Source: Fibrobacteria bacterium
Lineage (GTDB): Bacteria; Fibrobacterota; Fibrobacteria; UBA11236; JADFYW01
Direction: 5' to 3'
Assembly: GCA_050294405.1 (NCBI GenBank)
Contig: JBNKOC010000028.1
Location: 320,001-384,000, forward strand
DNA: 64,000 bases
The translations under genes and the position numbers were made by a program. Shown here in pieces: positions 48,177 to 59,126 of the stretch. Within the stretch, counting starts at the first letter, position 1. The number at the start of each line of letters is the position of its first letter. The notes beneath the pieces are model-generated. The model had not been told where the DNA came from. It worked only from the letters and a program-made list of their open reading frames with translations, and searched no databases.

Positions 48177-50275
48177 TTTATAGGGAGGATACTTAGATAT
48201 CCTCCTATTTTAACAAACAATGGCCCTTTAATTTTCGGGTTCAGAAGCTTCCATTTATTTTTCCCCATGGGAAATGCAGAGCCTAATTTTTTGCCTTCCA
48301 TATTGTAAAGCCCAACTTCTGCTTGGCTATTTAATTCGGGGTTCTCCAGATGGATAATCCAGTAATGTGAATTCGCAAAAATTTTAGCAGGAGAGGCAAC
48401 TTGTCTTTTTACAGAACTTATTTCGTTTGTTGCCGACCAACCAATTATAGACAATAGCAGGCCACCCCGGGAAGCAAAGTTTCCATTGATGTTAATTAAG
48501 TTGTAGTATCCTGCATCTTGTTCTTTGATTTCATAGATGGAAGTGCCGTATTCCCCTGCTTGAATAGTAGTTTCTGACATGGGGTGCCACAGTCCTTCAT
48601 CTCCGCTTACAGGCCTGTCTGAATCACTGCTACTAAATTGGGGAGTGAATTGGATGGTGCTGTCAGTGTTATTGTACCAAAGAGCATATATAAATTGTCC
48701 GGCTTCTAGGTTTAAGTACTCCCCGGTAAGGCCCTGAAAATTGTAATCCTTATTTTCCCCTTCGGTAATACCTACACTGCCATTTCCCTGGGGATAATAA
48801 CCTGTGTATCTATCCATGATTGGAATATTGAAAAAACCGGTTCCGTAATTATTGCCTGATTCATTTTCTCCATAATTAACCAGGATAATTAAAGAATCCA
48901 AATTGTGAACATTTGTGGAGATCTCCGAGGCGGAACTTAATTCGCTGGACACTGCTTGCTCAGTTATGCATTGAACCCTATAGGAAAATTCCTGATTTAT
49001 GTTGCCGGATACATCAGTGTATTGCAATTCCTGGGTAGAATCTAAAATTTCGCCGTCCTTAAAAATTCTAAATACAGTTGAGTTGGAAGGGGGATTTGGA
49101 TCCTGCCAACTCAATACCACATTACCCTGAGGATCCATATAAGTTTTTAAGGAATCCGGCGCCATGGGTGCATCTGCTTGATTGGAAGCGGCCTCTGTGG
49201 TTAGCTGTATAGCACCAGACCTGTTTCCCTCAAGACCCGCAGAATTTACAGCGGACACTTCAAAGCTGTATTGGGTTTCAGGAGACAGTCCGGTAACACT
49301 AAAGCTGCGTGATGTTGTGGAGTCCAGCAAATTATCATCCATATAAATTTTATAGCGGACCACATTGCTTTCATTATCTGTGGCTGCTTGCCAGCTTAAA
49401 TTTACAGAACCGGGACCGCTGGCTGAACCTTGCAAGCTTCCCGGAGCTGAGGGTGGGGTATTATCTGTTGGTGTTGAACTGCTTCCTGCGATTTGGAGAC
49501 AAAGATCTCTTTCGCTTGCGGATAGTTCACTAGTACTTATATGATCAAAGCTCATGCTGCTTAAGTTGTATCCCAAAGATTTAAACATCATAAGGGCCAC
49601 TAAAAAATTTCCATTTCCTTGAAAGTGTCCCCCATCACTTGTCATTACATTATCAAAACCCAAATTAGATACCAGCACTTTAATAGCTGAGTCCACTTCA
49701 GCTACATATACATTGATTCCATCTCCCTGTAGCTCTGCAATTTTTTGCTTCATGGCGCTGTTATGGCCCGACCAGTCCCGATAACTTGTGGATTCCCTTT
49801 CAAAAGAATAAGCGGTTTCAGTGGAAATAATTGCATTGGGGGATTGAGTGGCTATTTCCCGAACAAAACTTTCAAAGCTACTGGCAAATTCCGATGCAGT
49901 TCGTTCTCCATCTAAATCCTGATTGCCCGATTCCTGGAAATGAACCCAGGTCGCATTTGGATGGTTGGAATTATCGTTGTACCGGGCTCTGGATTGCTGA
50001 AGGCTTTCCCCCCCCACACCATGTTTAAAAAAATTAAGACCGGTGGTGTCAAAATTTCCGGCATATATTGTGAGAAAAGCCGCATTTTGGGAAATCAAAC
50101 TGGGAGTTTCAGTAGCTCTGCCATCTGTTTCGCTATCGCCATAAAACTGCCAATCATCTCCGAGGTTTTGCTGAGAGTATGACTGTGAAAAAACAATTAG
50201 AATAAAAACCCAAATTAGTTTGAAGCCAGAATAGGCAATATTTTTGCCCAGTAGCTTTTTCTGCAAAAAATCCAT
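48170..50275 (-). CDS. Secreted SGNH/GDSL-like esterase with FN3 domains and T9SS-like tail
   Basis: FYGDSET (block I), GVGGES, QESGN, DGGH (block V); DNTPPSAP..WQAATDNES FN3. Confidence 0.7.
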   Translation of the reverse strand: MDFLQKKLLGKNIAYSGFKLIWVFILIVFSQSYSQQNLGDDWQFYGDSETDGRATETPSLISQNAAFLTIYAGNFDTTGLNFFKHGVGGESLQQSRARYNDNSNHPNATWVHFQESGNQDLDGERTASEFASSFESFVREIATQSPNAIISTETAYSFERESTSYRDWSGHNSAMKQKIAELQGDGINVYVAEVDSAIKVLVSNLGFDNVMTSDGGHFQGNGNFLVALMMFKSLGYNLSSMSFDHISTSELSASERDLCLQIAGSSSTPTDNTPPSAPGSLQGSASGPGSVNLSWQAATDNESNVVRYKIYMDDNLLDSTTSRSFSVTGLSPETQYSFEVSAVNSAGLEGNRSGAIQLTTEAASNQADAPMAPDSLKTYMDPQGNVVLSWQDPNPPSNSTVFRIFKDGEILDSTQELQYTDVSGNINQEFSYRVQCITEQAVSSELSSASEISTNVHNLDSLIILVNYGENESGNNYGTGFFNIPIMDRYTGYYPQGNGSVGITEGENKDYNFQGLTGEYLNLEAGQFIYALWYNNTDSTIQFTPQFSSSDSDRPVSGDEGLWHPMSETTIQAGEYGTSIYEIKEQDAGYYNLININGNFASRGGLLLSIIGWSATNEISSVKRQVASPAKIFANSHYWIIHLENPELNSQAEVGLYNMEGKKLGSAFPMGKNKWKLLNPKIKGPLFVKIGGYLSILPINY

Positions 50276-50399
50276 AGTTGCGATTTCACCCTCCCAAAAG
50301 CATTATAATAAAGATACGCCCTTAAAGGACAGCACTTTGATTTGTAAAATTGCGCGTTTGGAGATAAAGATCTCCAAATCAAAAAAAGCTTTATTCAGT

Positions 50400-51854
50400 C
50401 TAATTCAGTAAAATTTTCTTTTGCATAAGTCCTTTATTTGTAGGAATTTGCACTAAATAAACTCCAGGCTTTAACTCGAAATCAATTCTGTTTTTTTCCG
50501 ATGGAAAATAGCTCCCCATTTTGGTTCCCTGAAGTCCAAAGATTTGGACAGGACCCAAAAGTTCCTTCACAGAAAGCTCCATAAAATAATGTCCATTGGC
50601 CTTTCCGTATTGGAAAGGGGCCTTGTTTAGCTGTCCAAATTTAATGGAACTGCCCTCCACGGGTTCTAAATCGGGATGATCCAACAAATAAATAGTCCCT
50701 TCATCTCGGCTGACCACATATACATTGCCCTTGGAATCCAAGGAAAAGGAACTGGGTTTATATACATCGGCCACTAAAAATTTTTCTCCATTTTCTCCAT
50801 CTTCATGGGTTAAAGCCCACATTACATTTTTGTCGTAATCTGCAAAAAAGTAAACTCCGTATAACGGAGAGCCGGGATTTCCCCTAAAAACCTGTCCTCC
50901 TATTATGGAAGTGGCTTCGCTATGGCTCAGATCGATAACTGGCTCTTTGAACCCGTCTCTGTCGCAACTGCTGGGAGGATTGTAGCTGTCTGAGGGGTCG
51001 AAACAAGAAAAACCCTCGACCATGCTCCAGCCAAAATTATCCCCGGCATCCACCAGGTCTATTTCTTCTTTGTAATTTTGACCCACATCGGCCACCCAGA
51101 GATCGCCGTTAACAACATCAAAACTAAATCTCCAGGGATTGCGAAGTCCGTAAGCATAAATTTCCTTGCGTGTATCCGGGTCGGAGTTGTCTACAAATGG
51201 GTTGTCATTGGGAATGGCATAGTTTCCGTCGGATTTGTCATCTACATCGATTCTTAAAATTTTACCAAAAATGGCAGTTAAATCCTGTCCATGTTCATTG
51301 GGGTCCCGGCCTGGGCCGCCATCTCCAAGCCCAATGTATAGGTATCCATCGGGCCCAAAAGCAATTTGCCCTCCGTTGTGGTTCCACTCTGGCTGGCTAA
51401 ACCGCATAATTTCCACACTGTGCCCATCGTCCCCCGTTAAATCTTCTGTCATTTTTCTTTCTTCCAAAACGGATTTAAAGCCGCTGGAGTTTTCTATGTA
51501 ATAGATGTAATAGAGCTGGTTTTCCTCAAAATCCGGATGAAAGGCAAGGCCCAATAGTCCTTGTTCTGTTCGTCCAGTTTCCACATCTATTTCCAGAATG
51601 GGAGCAGATGTATAGCTATCCCCGTCTTTTTCAAGAAGAATTATTTCACCTTCCCATTGATACACCAAAAAACTCCCAGGTTTGGAAGGTATTTCTTCAA
51701 AGCCAATGGGGTTGTCCAGCTGATTGTCGGCATCTGTCCCAAACATGGCTGTGAGGTTAATTTCTATATCGATATTTTGCCCATATGAGTACGCGAGAAC
51801 GCAAAAAGAAAGTGCAGATAAAATTGTGAATTTTTTAAACGAAAGCTGTAGCAT
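50400..51854 (-). CDS. PQQ-dependent sugar dehydrogenase (GSDH beta-propeller) with T9SS-like tail
   Basis: EQGLLGLAFHPDF, NHNGGQIAFGPDGYLYIGLGDGG, GKILRIDVD, YGLRNPWRFSFD. Confidence 0.93.
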   Translation of the reverse strand: MLQLSFKKFTILSALSFCVLAYSYGQNIDIEINLTAMFGTDADNQLDNPIGFEEIPSKPGSFLVYQWEGEIILLEKDGDSYTSAPILEIDVETGRTEQGLLGLAFHPDFEENQLYYIYYIENSSGFKSVLEERKMTEDLTGDDGHSVEIMRFSQPEWNHNGGQIAFGPDGYLYIGLGDGGPGRDPNEHGQDLTAIFGKILRIDVDDKSDGNYAIPNDNPFVDNSDPDTRKEIYAYGLRNPWRFSFDVVNGDLWVADVGQNYKEEIDLVDAGDNFGWSMVEGFSCFDPSDSYNPPSSCDRDGFKEPVIDLSHSEATSIIGGQVFRGNPGSPLYGVYFFADYDKNVMWALTHEDGENGEKFLVADVYKPSSFSLDSKGNVYVVSRDEGTIYLLDHPDLEPVEGSSIKFGQLNKAPFQYGKANGHYFMELSVKELLGPVQIFGLQGTKMGSYFPSEKNRIDFELKPGVYLVQIPTNKGLMQKKILLN

Positions 51855-52095
51855 AATATTTCCTCGTATCCTTGAGAATAGTATAATTTGGGAGGATTGT
51901 TTTTTAGCTTACTATATAAGGTTAGCTAAAAGCAATAAAATGTGGAAGGCACTATAGGAAATGATACCATTTTGAAATAGGGCTGACCATATTATTTTAG
52001 GTTGGCCTGATATTGGCGCAATTGCTCCATTTTTCTTCCGAAACAGGAGAAAAAATGTAATTTTAAGGCTTGTTTTGGCTCTGTGAGTTGAGGAA

Positions 52096-52701
52096 ATGAA
52101 AGACTTCATAAAATCCTTTAAAATGTTATGGTGGGATATCAACCGTAAGGCCACTCGCTTTGAGTGGATTCGGGAAACCACCGGTTTTTTACCTGGTGAG
52201 TTTGGCTTCCATGTGCGCCGTTGGCTATGGTCTCCCTATTTTAAATCTGCGGGTAAAGATATTGCCATTCACAAACATGCAGCTATTTTAAATCCACAGA
52301 ACCTGGTTCTTAAGGATTTTGCCCGTATTGGCCCTTACAACTATTTGCAGGCGGGCGGTGGAATCGAATTAGGCGAAAAAGTAATGATGGGGCCTTACGT
52401 TAAAATCTGGTCTGCTAACCATCGATTTGACGATCCCAGCGAATGGATTCAACTCCAGGGCTATGAAAACAAACCAGTGAAAATTGGCAACCATGTATGG
52501 ATTGGGGCTGGCGCTATTATATTGCCGGGTGCGCAAATCGGCGATAGATGTATAGTTGCGGCCGGTTCAGTTGTGAATGCTAAAAATTATCCCCCCAATT
52601 TAATACTGTCTGGAAATCCCGCCCGAAAAGTTGGGGAGCGTCCCACAGAAGAGCCATCTTCTGAGCAAAATGCTGAAGCCCCAACGGATGAGCCCAAATA
52701 A
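52096..52701 (+). CDS. Hexapeptide-repeat (LbH) O-acetyltransferase
   Basis: IWSANHRF, VKIGNHVWIGAGAIILPGAQIGDRCIVAAGSVV, GNPA. Confidence 0.93.
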   Translation: MKDFIKSFKMLWWDINRKATRFEWIRETTGFLPGEFGFHVRRWLWSPYFKSAGKDIAIHKHAAILNPQNLVLKDFARIGPYNYLQAGGGIELGEKVMMGPYVKIWSANHRFDDPSEWIQLQGYENKPVKIGNHVWIGAGAIILPGAQIGDRCIVAAGSVVNAKNYPPNLILSGNPARKVGERPTEEPSSEQNAEAPTDEPK

Positions 52702-54466
52702 AAATTTAAGCCTTTTGCCCTATATTGAGGAGGGAAAGGATTTGGTTCCCGGCAATTGGGAAAAATCTTTTTTATCGCAAGTTGATAATCCCAATGAGGC
52801 AGAGCCCTATGTGTATGGGCAAGCCCGCTTTAATTTTAGGGTTCTTCTACCTGCTGCTGGCCCCCAACGGGTTTTAGAGCTGGGCTCCGGCTTGGGCCTA
52901 CTAACATCAGAATTAGCTATCCAGGCTAAAAGTCTGGTTTGCTTGAACCCCAGTTATGAGGCCCTTAAATTTGTTCAGGCCAAAAAAATGGATAAGGGGC
53001 AAAAAACAATGGGCAGTATAAATAGCCTATGTATATCCCGGCTTCCTTTTAAGGCGCAAAGTTTTGATTCTGTGATTGCTTCTTACGGGCTTGAGGAAAA
53101 TAACCTTTATTTCTTAGGGGAAGATAAAAACCAGGACTTGGTTACAAAGAGCAGCCATAACACTAATTTAGGCTCGCTTCTAAAGGATGTATACCAGCTG
53201 CTGAAACCCGGCGGCCGTTTGGTCTTTCCAGCCCAAAACAAATGGGATTACGAAAATAGCATACATAACCTTAAGAAAAAAAAAATCAGTTTTAGGGGAC
53301 ATAGCCTTGGGGAATGGAAAAAAATGCTGAAGCAAGCGGGCTTTGAGTCGTTGCAATGTTACGGTGTATACCCCAATTGGCAAGACCCGGAAGAATTGTA
53401 TTCTTTTTCAAGAGCGGGCCTTAAAAATGGTTGGAAGTTGGGCGCAAAGGAATGGTTAAAACAAAGTTCCAAATTTTGCTCCTCTTTTATTATTGTGGCG
53501 GATAAAAAACCGGGCATTGCTAAATCAAGCCAGGAAGCCTTTTTGTCTGAACTGGGAAATGAGGGTTCCTCAGAGGCTGATTTGTTTGGGGGAAGCCGCG
53601 TGCTAATCACCGGCAAAGACAAGTGGGTGGGCTTTGTGCGGTACAAAGATATAGCCGCCGTTGTAAAAATTCCCCTTGAAAAAATGGCCCGGGAAGAAGA
53701 AAAGGCCAACCTGGAGATATTGCAATGGGCCAGCGCCCAGACAAAGGAACTATCTTCGCTTTTACCTCTTCCTCTGGCCAATGAAAAAGTGGGAGGTCTG
53801 GAACATTATTTGGAAAGCCAGATATTGGGGGAACCCTTTTCGGCTTTAGTGCAAAACCTGGGTAGGCCAGGTGCCTGGAAACAAGTGGAAAAAATATTGG
53901 ACTTGTTTTTGGAATGCGACAACCAGGAAGCTAAGTTGGAAGGGGAACTGTATAAATTTTGGGTGGAAGCTAAGTTGGAAACTGTGGCCCAGGTTCTGCC
54001 CGGAAAATATTCTTTAGAAAAATTTCGCAATAAATTTAAGGAGTTGCTCTGGGGGAAAAGCCTAAACCTTGGTCTTACCCATGGCGATTTTAGTGTTTCC
54101 AATTTAATGGCCCGTGAAAACCGGGAAATCTGTGGCATTTTTGATTGGGGTTGGGGAAAACTAAATGGAATTTGCCTGGTGGATTCTCTTAATTATTTAG
54201 ATAGTGTGGAAAGGCTGCAAAGTAAAAACCATTTAATAGATAATATCAGAATGTTACTTAAAAAGAAATGGAGAGTGGAGGCTGAATACCAGGGAGCACT
54301 CAGGCATTTGGAAAAAAGCGGTTGGGCTGAATCCCATTGGAACTCAGCCATATTATTTTTTTGGCTTTACACTGCCAGCGCCCGCCTTGCGGATAATTTT
54401 CGTTATGACCAAAAAGGGATTCAAAAACAAATTTTAGACTTTGTGGATGAATTTGATTTAGCCTGA
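52688..54466 (+). CDS. SAM-methyltransferase fused to APH/choline-kinase-like phosphotransferase
   Basis: VLELGSGLG, LPF..SFD, LLKPGG; C-half VVKIP, HGDFSVSN, FDWG. In-frame ATG at 52688 chosen over TTG at 52631. Confidence 0.8.
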   Translation: MSPNKNLSLLPYIEEGKDLVPGNWEKSFLSQVDNPNEAEPYVYGQARFNFRVLLPAAGPQRVLELGSGLGLLTSELAIQAKSLVCLNPSYEALKFVQAKKMDKGQKTMGSINSLCISRLPFKAQSFDSVIASYGLEENNLYFLGEDKNQDLVTKSSHNTNLGSLLKDVYQLLKPGGRLVFPAQNKWDYENSIHNLKKKKISFRGHSLGEWKKMLKQAGFESLQCYGVYPNWQDPEELYSFSRAGLKNGWKLGAKEWLKQSSKFCSSFIIVADKKPGIAKSSQEAFLSELGNEGSSEADLFGGSRVLITGKDKWVGFVRYKDIAAVVKIPLEKMAREEEKANLEILQWASAQTKELSSLLPLPLANEKVGGLEHYLESQILGEPFSALVQNLGRPGAWKQVEKILDLFLECDNQEAKLEGELYKFWVEAKLETVAQVLPGKYSLEKFRNKFKELLWGKSLNLGLTHGDFSVSNLMARENREICGIFDWGWGKLNGICLVDSLNYLDSVERLQSKNHLIDNIRMLLKKKWRVEAEYQGALRHLEKSGWAESHWNSAILFFWLYTASARLADNFRYDQKGIQKQILDFVDEFDLA

Positions 54467-54476
54467 TGTTATTTAT

Positions 54477-55994
54477 ATGAAACTTGCTGATAAAACCATT
54501 ATAAACGTGTTTGCTAAATCCGGCGAAGCTGTTTTTTTAATGGCTTCCAGCATTATTATGGTGCGCTTTTTAAGCAAGGAAGACTACGGTTCTTTTTTGC
54601 AAATAGTGCTGGTGGTAAATACCGCCTTTACCCTTCTTTTGCTGGGTTTTCCCCAAAGCATATACTATTACTTTGGGCAGGCCTCCAATCGCTCTCAGTT
54701 TATATTGCAGAACATTTTTATTTCCTGCTTTTTATCGGGGTTGGCAGGGCTGTTTGTATGGCTGCTGATTTCTCCTCTTTCGGGTTGGTTGAATAATAGC
54801 GATTTAAAAAATTTTGGTTGGTACATCGCCCTTATGATCTTTTTTAAGGGCTCGGCCCAATTTCGGGACCCGCTAATGATATGCGATGGACGTATCTTGC
54901 TAAATTCCGCGGTTACAGTCTTAATTAATCTGGTTTTGTTTATTCCCATAATCGTGGTGAGTATGCTTACAACCAGCTTGGAAAAATTGGTATTTACCAT
55001 GTTTTTATCCAATCTTGCCGAATGGTTTATATACATTTTGGTTGGGCTTTACATGGTGTCCAAATCCTCTTCATTAGATGGGGGAAAGAATAAACCCAAA
55101 GAGCCCATTGGCCTTTGGCGTCAGTTAAAATATTCCCTTCCCATAGGGCTTTCCAATTACACGGGGATAATTGGCAAACAAATCGACCAGTTTATCATTT
55201 CCATTTACTTTACCCCGCAGAACTTTGCTGTATATACCCGGGGCGCCATGAGAATTCCTCTTTTGCACACCATCCAGTTTACCATTAATGAAATTATGAT
55301 GCCAAAGTATGCTGAGGCCATGAGAGAAAATAACATAAAGGAGTTTTTGTATTATTTCCACAGGGGCATACATAAAGTGGCTAAAATCAAATTCGCCTTT
55401 TTTTCTTTTTTGTTCGCCGTGTCGCCCCAAATTATGACTTTGCTGTATACCGCTGAATACTCAGAGGCAAGCTCCATATTTCGCGCTTATTTATTGTATC
55501 TAATTGCAACCATTACAGTATACGCCGCAGTTCCCAGGGCGGTGGGTAAAACTTCAGAAATATTTTACGCCACATTAATTAATCTAGTGAGCAATGTTAT
55601 TTTAAGTCTCTTGCTTTTGCAGTTTTGGGGCCCTATTGGCCCGGCATTAGCCACAGTTTTTTCCTCTATGTTAATGGCCTGTTATTTGTTATGGACATCG
55701 GCAAAAATTTTGAATCTATCCCTTGCTTCCATCTTTCCCTGGGGATACCTGGGTAAATTGCTTTTTTTGACTTTGCTGGCTAGCGCCCCTCTGTATTTTT
55801 TAAATCCCTGGCTTGAAAAAGTCAATATAGCTTTGATTTTTATTGTGGCTCTGGATTCTGTTATTTATGGATATTTGTGCTTGATGCTTATGGTACGATT
55901 TAACATATTGGATGAGGATGACTTTGCCATTTTTAACCGCTGGAGTCGTTTTGATCTGGCCAGTCTGTTGAAAAGAATTAGTTTTAGCAAATAA
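54477..55994 (+). CDS. Oligosaccharide flippase (Wzx/MOP family)
   Basis: VRFLSKEDYG, GFPQSIYY, IDQFII, about 14 TM segments. Confidence 0.88.
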   Translation: MKLADKTIINVFAKSGEAVFLMASSIIMVRFLSKEDYGSFLQIVLVVNTAFTLLLLGFPQSIYYYFGQASNRSQFILQNIFISCFLSGLAGLFVWLLISPLSGWLNNSDLKNFGWYIALMIFFKGSAQFRDPLMICDGRILLNSAVTVLINLVLFIPIIVVSMLTTSLEKLVFTMFLSNLAEWFIYILVGLYMVSKSSSLDGGKNKPKEPIGLWRQLKYSLPIGLSNYTGIIGKQIDQFIISIYFTPQNFAVYTRGAMRIPLLHTIQFTINEIMMPKYAEAMRENNIKEFLYYFHRGIHKVAKIKFAFFSFLFAVSPQIMTLLYTAEYSEASSIFRAYLLYLIATITVYAAVPRAVGKTSEIFYATLINLVSNVILSLLLLQFWGPIGPALATVFSSMLMACYLLWTSAKILNLSLASIFPWGYLGKLLFLTLLASAPLYFLNPWLEKVNIALIFIVALDSVIYGYLCLMLMVRFNILDEDDFAIFNRWSRFDLASLLKRISFSK

Positions 55995-55997
55995 TTT

Positions 55998-57974
55998 ATG
56001 TGTGGAATTGCCGGGATATTAGATAAAACTCAGGGGTCCTCTTCAGTGGATATTATGAAGGGGATGTTGGAGCTATTGTACCACCGCGGTCCCGATGCCT
56101 ATGGAATATTTCAACGTGGCCCTGTATGTTTAGGCCATTCCCGCCTCAGTATTGTGGATTTGGCCACAGGCGATCAGCCCATATCCAACGAAGACGACAG
56201 TGTTTGGGTGGTTTTTAACGGTGAAATTTTTAACTATCCCGAACTTCGACAGGAATGCCTGGAAAAAGGCCATAAATTAAAAACCCAGGGCGATACAGAA
56301 GTATTGATCCACCTTTATGAAGAATATGGCGAAGCCATGTTGGAAAAATTAAACGGCCAATTCGCTTTCGCCATCTGGGACCATCCTAAAGAGAAACTTT
56401 TTATTGCCAGGGATAGACTGGGTATTCGTCCTTTGTTTTATACCCAACATCAAAATGGAATAATTTTTGGTTCTGAAGTAAAAGCCATATTTGGCCACCC
56501 TGAGGTTTCCAGGGAGCTTAATTTGAATGGACTCTCCAATGTATTTAACTGCTGGACAAGCCTTCCCGATGAAAGCGCCTTTAAAAACGTAAAGCAGCTT
56601 CCAGCTGGCCACTATTTGGTTGCTGAAAAGGGCTTATTACAAATACGCAAATACTGGAATCTTCCTTTCGGCGAGTATGAGACAGAAAATAAAAGCTTGG
56701 AAGAATGGTCCTCAGAATTATTGGAGGCCTTATTGGATTCCATTCGAATCCGCCTTAGAGCCGATGTGCCTGTGGGCGCCTACTTAAGCGGGGGAATTGA
56801 CAGTACCTTAATAAGCAGCCTGGTGAAAAACAATTTCAACAATGAACTACAAACATTTTCTGTGGGTTTTTCCAATAAAACTTTTGATGAAAGCAACTTT
56901 CAACAAACAGCGGTTCGAGCTTTAGGTACTAAACATCATGAGATAAAATGCACCGATGAGGACATTGGAAAAATATTTCCACAAATTATTTGGCATACGG
57001 AAATGCCGATTATCAGAACAGCTCCGGCCCCTTTGTTTATGCTTTCCAGTTTGGTTCGTAAAAACAATTTTAAAGTGGTTCTAACCGGGGAAGGCGCAGA
57101 TGAAATGTTCGGCGGCTATAACATTTTTAAAGAAAATAAGGTTCGGCATTTCTGGTCTCGTGAGCCTGAATCTCCTTCCAGAGCCAGGCTGTTGGAAAAA
57201 CTTTACCCCTATGTATTTGCCCAACAAGATGGAAAAGCCTCTGTACTTTTAAAAAAGTTTTTCCAAAAAAACCTTTCGGATACGCAGAACCCCTATTATT
57301 CCCATTCGGTTCGTTGGCAGAATACCTCTCAATTGCGCAGCTTTTTTAATCCAGAAGTGTTTAAATCTACCCCAAGCTTAAACGATTTTCAGGAGAAGTA
57401 TGCCAGTTGGATTCCCGAAAATTTCTCCCAGCGCCGTCCTTTGGCAAAAGCCCAGTTTTTGGAGAGCCAATTGTTTTTATCCAACTATTTGCTCTCTTCT
57501 CAGGGTGATAGAATGGCTATGGGAAATTCTGTTGAGGGAAGATATCCCTTTTTGGATCACCGGGTGGTGGAGCTAGCGGCAAAAATCCCTGATAAATACA
57601 AGTTATACGGACTCACTGAAAAATATATTCTCAAACATCTGTCCCGAAAATTAATACCCTCTGAAGTCATTGACAGGCCTAAACAACCCTACAGGGCCCC
57701 TATAAGCTCCAGCTTTTTTGGCGGCAAATCCCCGGATTATGTGGAGGAGTTGTTATCAGAAGAAAAAATTGGGCAAAGCGGGGTGTTTCACCCTAAAAAA
57801 GTGGCTCAGCTGGCGCAAAAATGCCGGCAATCGGAAGCGGGCTTAAGCAGTGAACGGGAAAACATGGCTCTTGTGGCTATTTTGTCCGTTCAATTGTGCC
57901 ACTCTCAATTTGTGGAAAATTTTCCCGTAAAATATGGCAATCACAACCAAAATTCATTTAAAATATTCCATTAG
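55998..57974 (+). CDS. asnB: Asparagine synthase (glutamine-hydrolysing)-family amidotransferase
   Basis: MCGIAG, HRGPD, FNGEIFN, LSGGIDS, LTGEGADE, EGRYPFLD. Confidence 0.93.
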   Translation: MCGIAGILDKTQGSSSVDIMKGMLELLYHRGPDAYGIFQRGPVCLGHSRLSIVDLATGDQPISNEDDSVWVVFNGEIFNYPELRQECLEKGHKLKTQGDTEVLIHLYEEYGEAMLEKLNGQFAFAIWDHPKEKLFIARDRLGIRPLFYTQHQNGIIFGSEVKAIFGHPEVSRELNLNGLSNVFNCWTSLPDESAFKNVKQLPAGHYLVAEKGLLQIRKYWNLPFGEYETENKSLEEWSSELLEALLDSIRIRLRADVPVGAYLSGGIDSTLISSLVKNNFNNELQTFSVGFSNKTFDESNFQQTAVRALGTKHHEIKCTDEDIGKIFPQIIWHTEMPIIRTAPAPLFMLSSLVRKNNFKVVLTGEGADEMFGGYNIFKENKVRHFWSREPESPSRARLLEKLYPYVFAQQDGKASVLLKKFFQKNLSDTQNPYYSHSVRWQNTSQLRSFFNPEVFKSTPSLNDFQEKYASWIPENFSQRRPLAKAQFLESQLFLSNYLLSSQGDRMAMGNSVEGRYPFLDHRVVELAAKIPDKYKLYGLTEKYILKHLSRKLIPSEVIDRPKQPYRAPISSSFFGGKSPDYVEELLSEEKIGQSGVFHPKKVAQLAQKCRQSEAGLSSERENMALVAILSVQLCHSQFVENFPVKYGNHNQNSFKIFH

Positions 57975-58097
57975 TCTTTTTGAAACAGGTTTTTTTCTAT
58001 TTTCGAGTCACCTTTAAATCAGAATGCGTATTTAAACCATTTTCGAGCTAAAACATACTATTGTAATATCAGTTTTTTTTTAAATTAGCGAGGCCAT

Positions 58098-59126
58098 ATG
58101 ACTAATGCAGCCGCACTCACGAACCTAAAATTATGCACTAACTGCATTTTACCCGAAACTTTTCCCGGGGTTAGTTTTAACGAAGATGGCCTTTGCCGTT
58201 ATTGCGAAAAGGAAAAGGTTGCTCAGCAAAAGCTTCCCGAAAAAAAAGAGCAGTATAAAAAACAATTCGATGAATTAATAGCAAACACCCGGGACAAAGC
58301 TCCTTCCTATGATGTGCTCATGGCCTACAGTGGCGGAAAAGATTCCAGCTATACCTTAAAAATATTGAGGGAACAATATGACCTAAGGGTGCTCGCTCTT
58401 TGTTTTGATAACAATTTTGTATCTCCCCAAGCTATGGACAACATCAATAAGGTGACCGATACTTTGCATGTGGATCTTATTATGTTTAAAGCTCCCTGGG
58501 GCCCCATGCGCGACATGTTTAATTTGACCACAGAGAAAGATATCTTCTCACCCACTACCTTACTGCGCGCCAGCAGCATTTGCACCTCTTGCATTGGAAC
58601 TGTAAAAGCAATTGTGTTGAAAACCGCTTTAGAAATGTCTATTCCCTTAGTGGGTTATGGCTGGTCCCCGGGTCAGGCGCCTATTCAAAGCGCCATTATG
58701 AAAACCAATCCGGATTTAGTGAAAAAGGCGCAAAAAACTTTGTACAACAGCTATCCCGAAGAAACACAAAAATTTATGAACCGGTATTTTTTACCAGATA
58801 ATTACTACGACATGTACAGAGAAAGGTTCCCTACTAATATTCATCCTCTGGCCTTTTTTGATTACGACGAACAGGATATTGTTAAGGGCCTTAATCAATT
58901 GGGTTGGTTTAACCCTAAGGATGTAGATACAAATTCATCAAATTGCAGGGTAAATGCCTATGGAAATCATGTTCATATGAAAAAGCACGGTTTTCACCCC
59001 TATGTGTGGGAAATTGCCAACATGGTAAGGCAGGGCGTTATGCCCAGAGAAGAAGGTTTGGAGAAAATCTATTCCAATCAGGATGATGCTATGGTTCAAT
59101 ATGCTAAGGAAAGGTTATTAGGATGA
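58098..59126 (+). CDS. PP-loop N-acetyl-sugar amidotransferase-like protein (WbpG/WbuX-like)
   Basis: CTNC..CRYC, YSGGKDS, CTSC, SNC. Confidence 0.75.
   Translation: MTNAAALTNLKLCTNCILPETFPGVSFNEDGLCRYCEKEKVAQQKLPEKKEQYKKQFDELIANTRDKAPSYDVLMAYSGGKDSSYTLKILREQYDLRVLALCFDNNFVSPQAMDNINKVTDTLHVDLIMFKAPWGPMRDMFNLTTEKDIFSPTTLLRASSICTSCIGTVKAIVLKTALEMSIPLVGYGWSPGQAPIQSAIMKTNPDLVKKAQKTLYNSYPEETQKFMNRYFLPDNYYDMYRERFPTNIHPLAFFDYDEQDIVKGLNQLGWFNPKDVDTNSSNCRVNAYGNHVHMKKHGFHPYVWEIANMVRQGVMPREEGLEKIYSNQDDAMVQYAKERLLG

Noticed and set aside
50357..50378. Hairpin TTTGGAGAT-aaag-ATCTCCAAA after the GSDH gene as a terminator
   Set aside because: No U-tract follows it on the transcribed (minus) strand; its role is uncertain.
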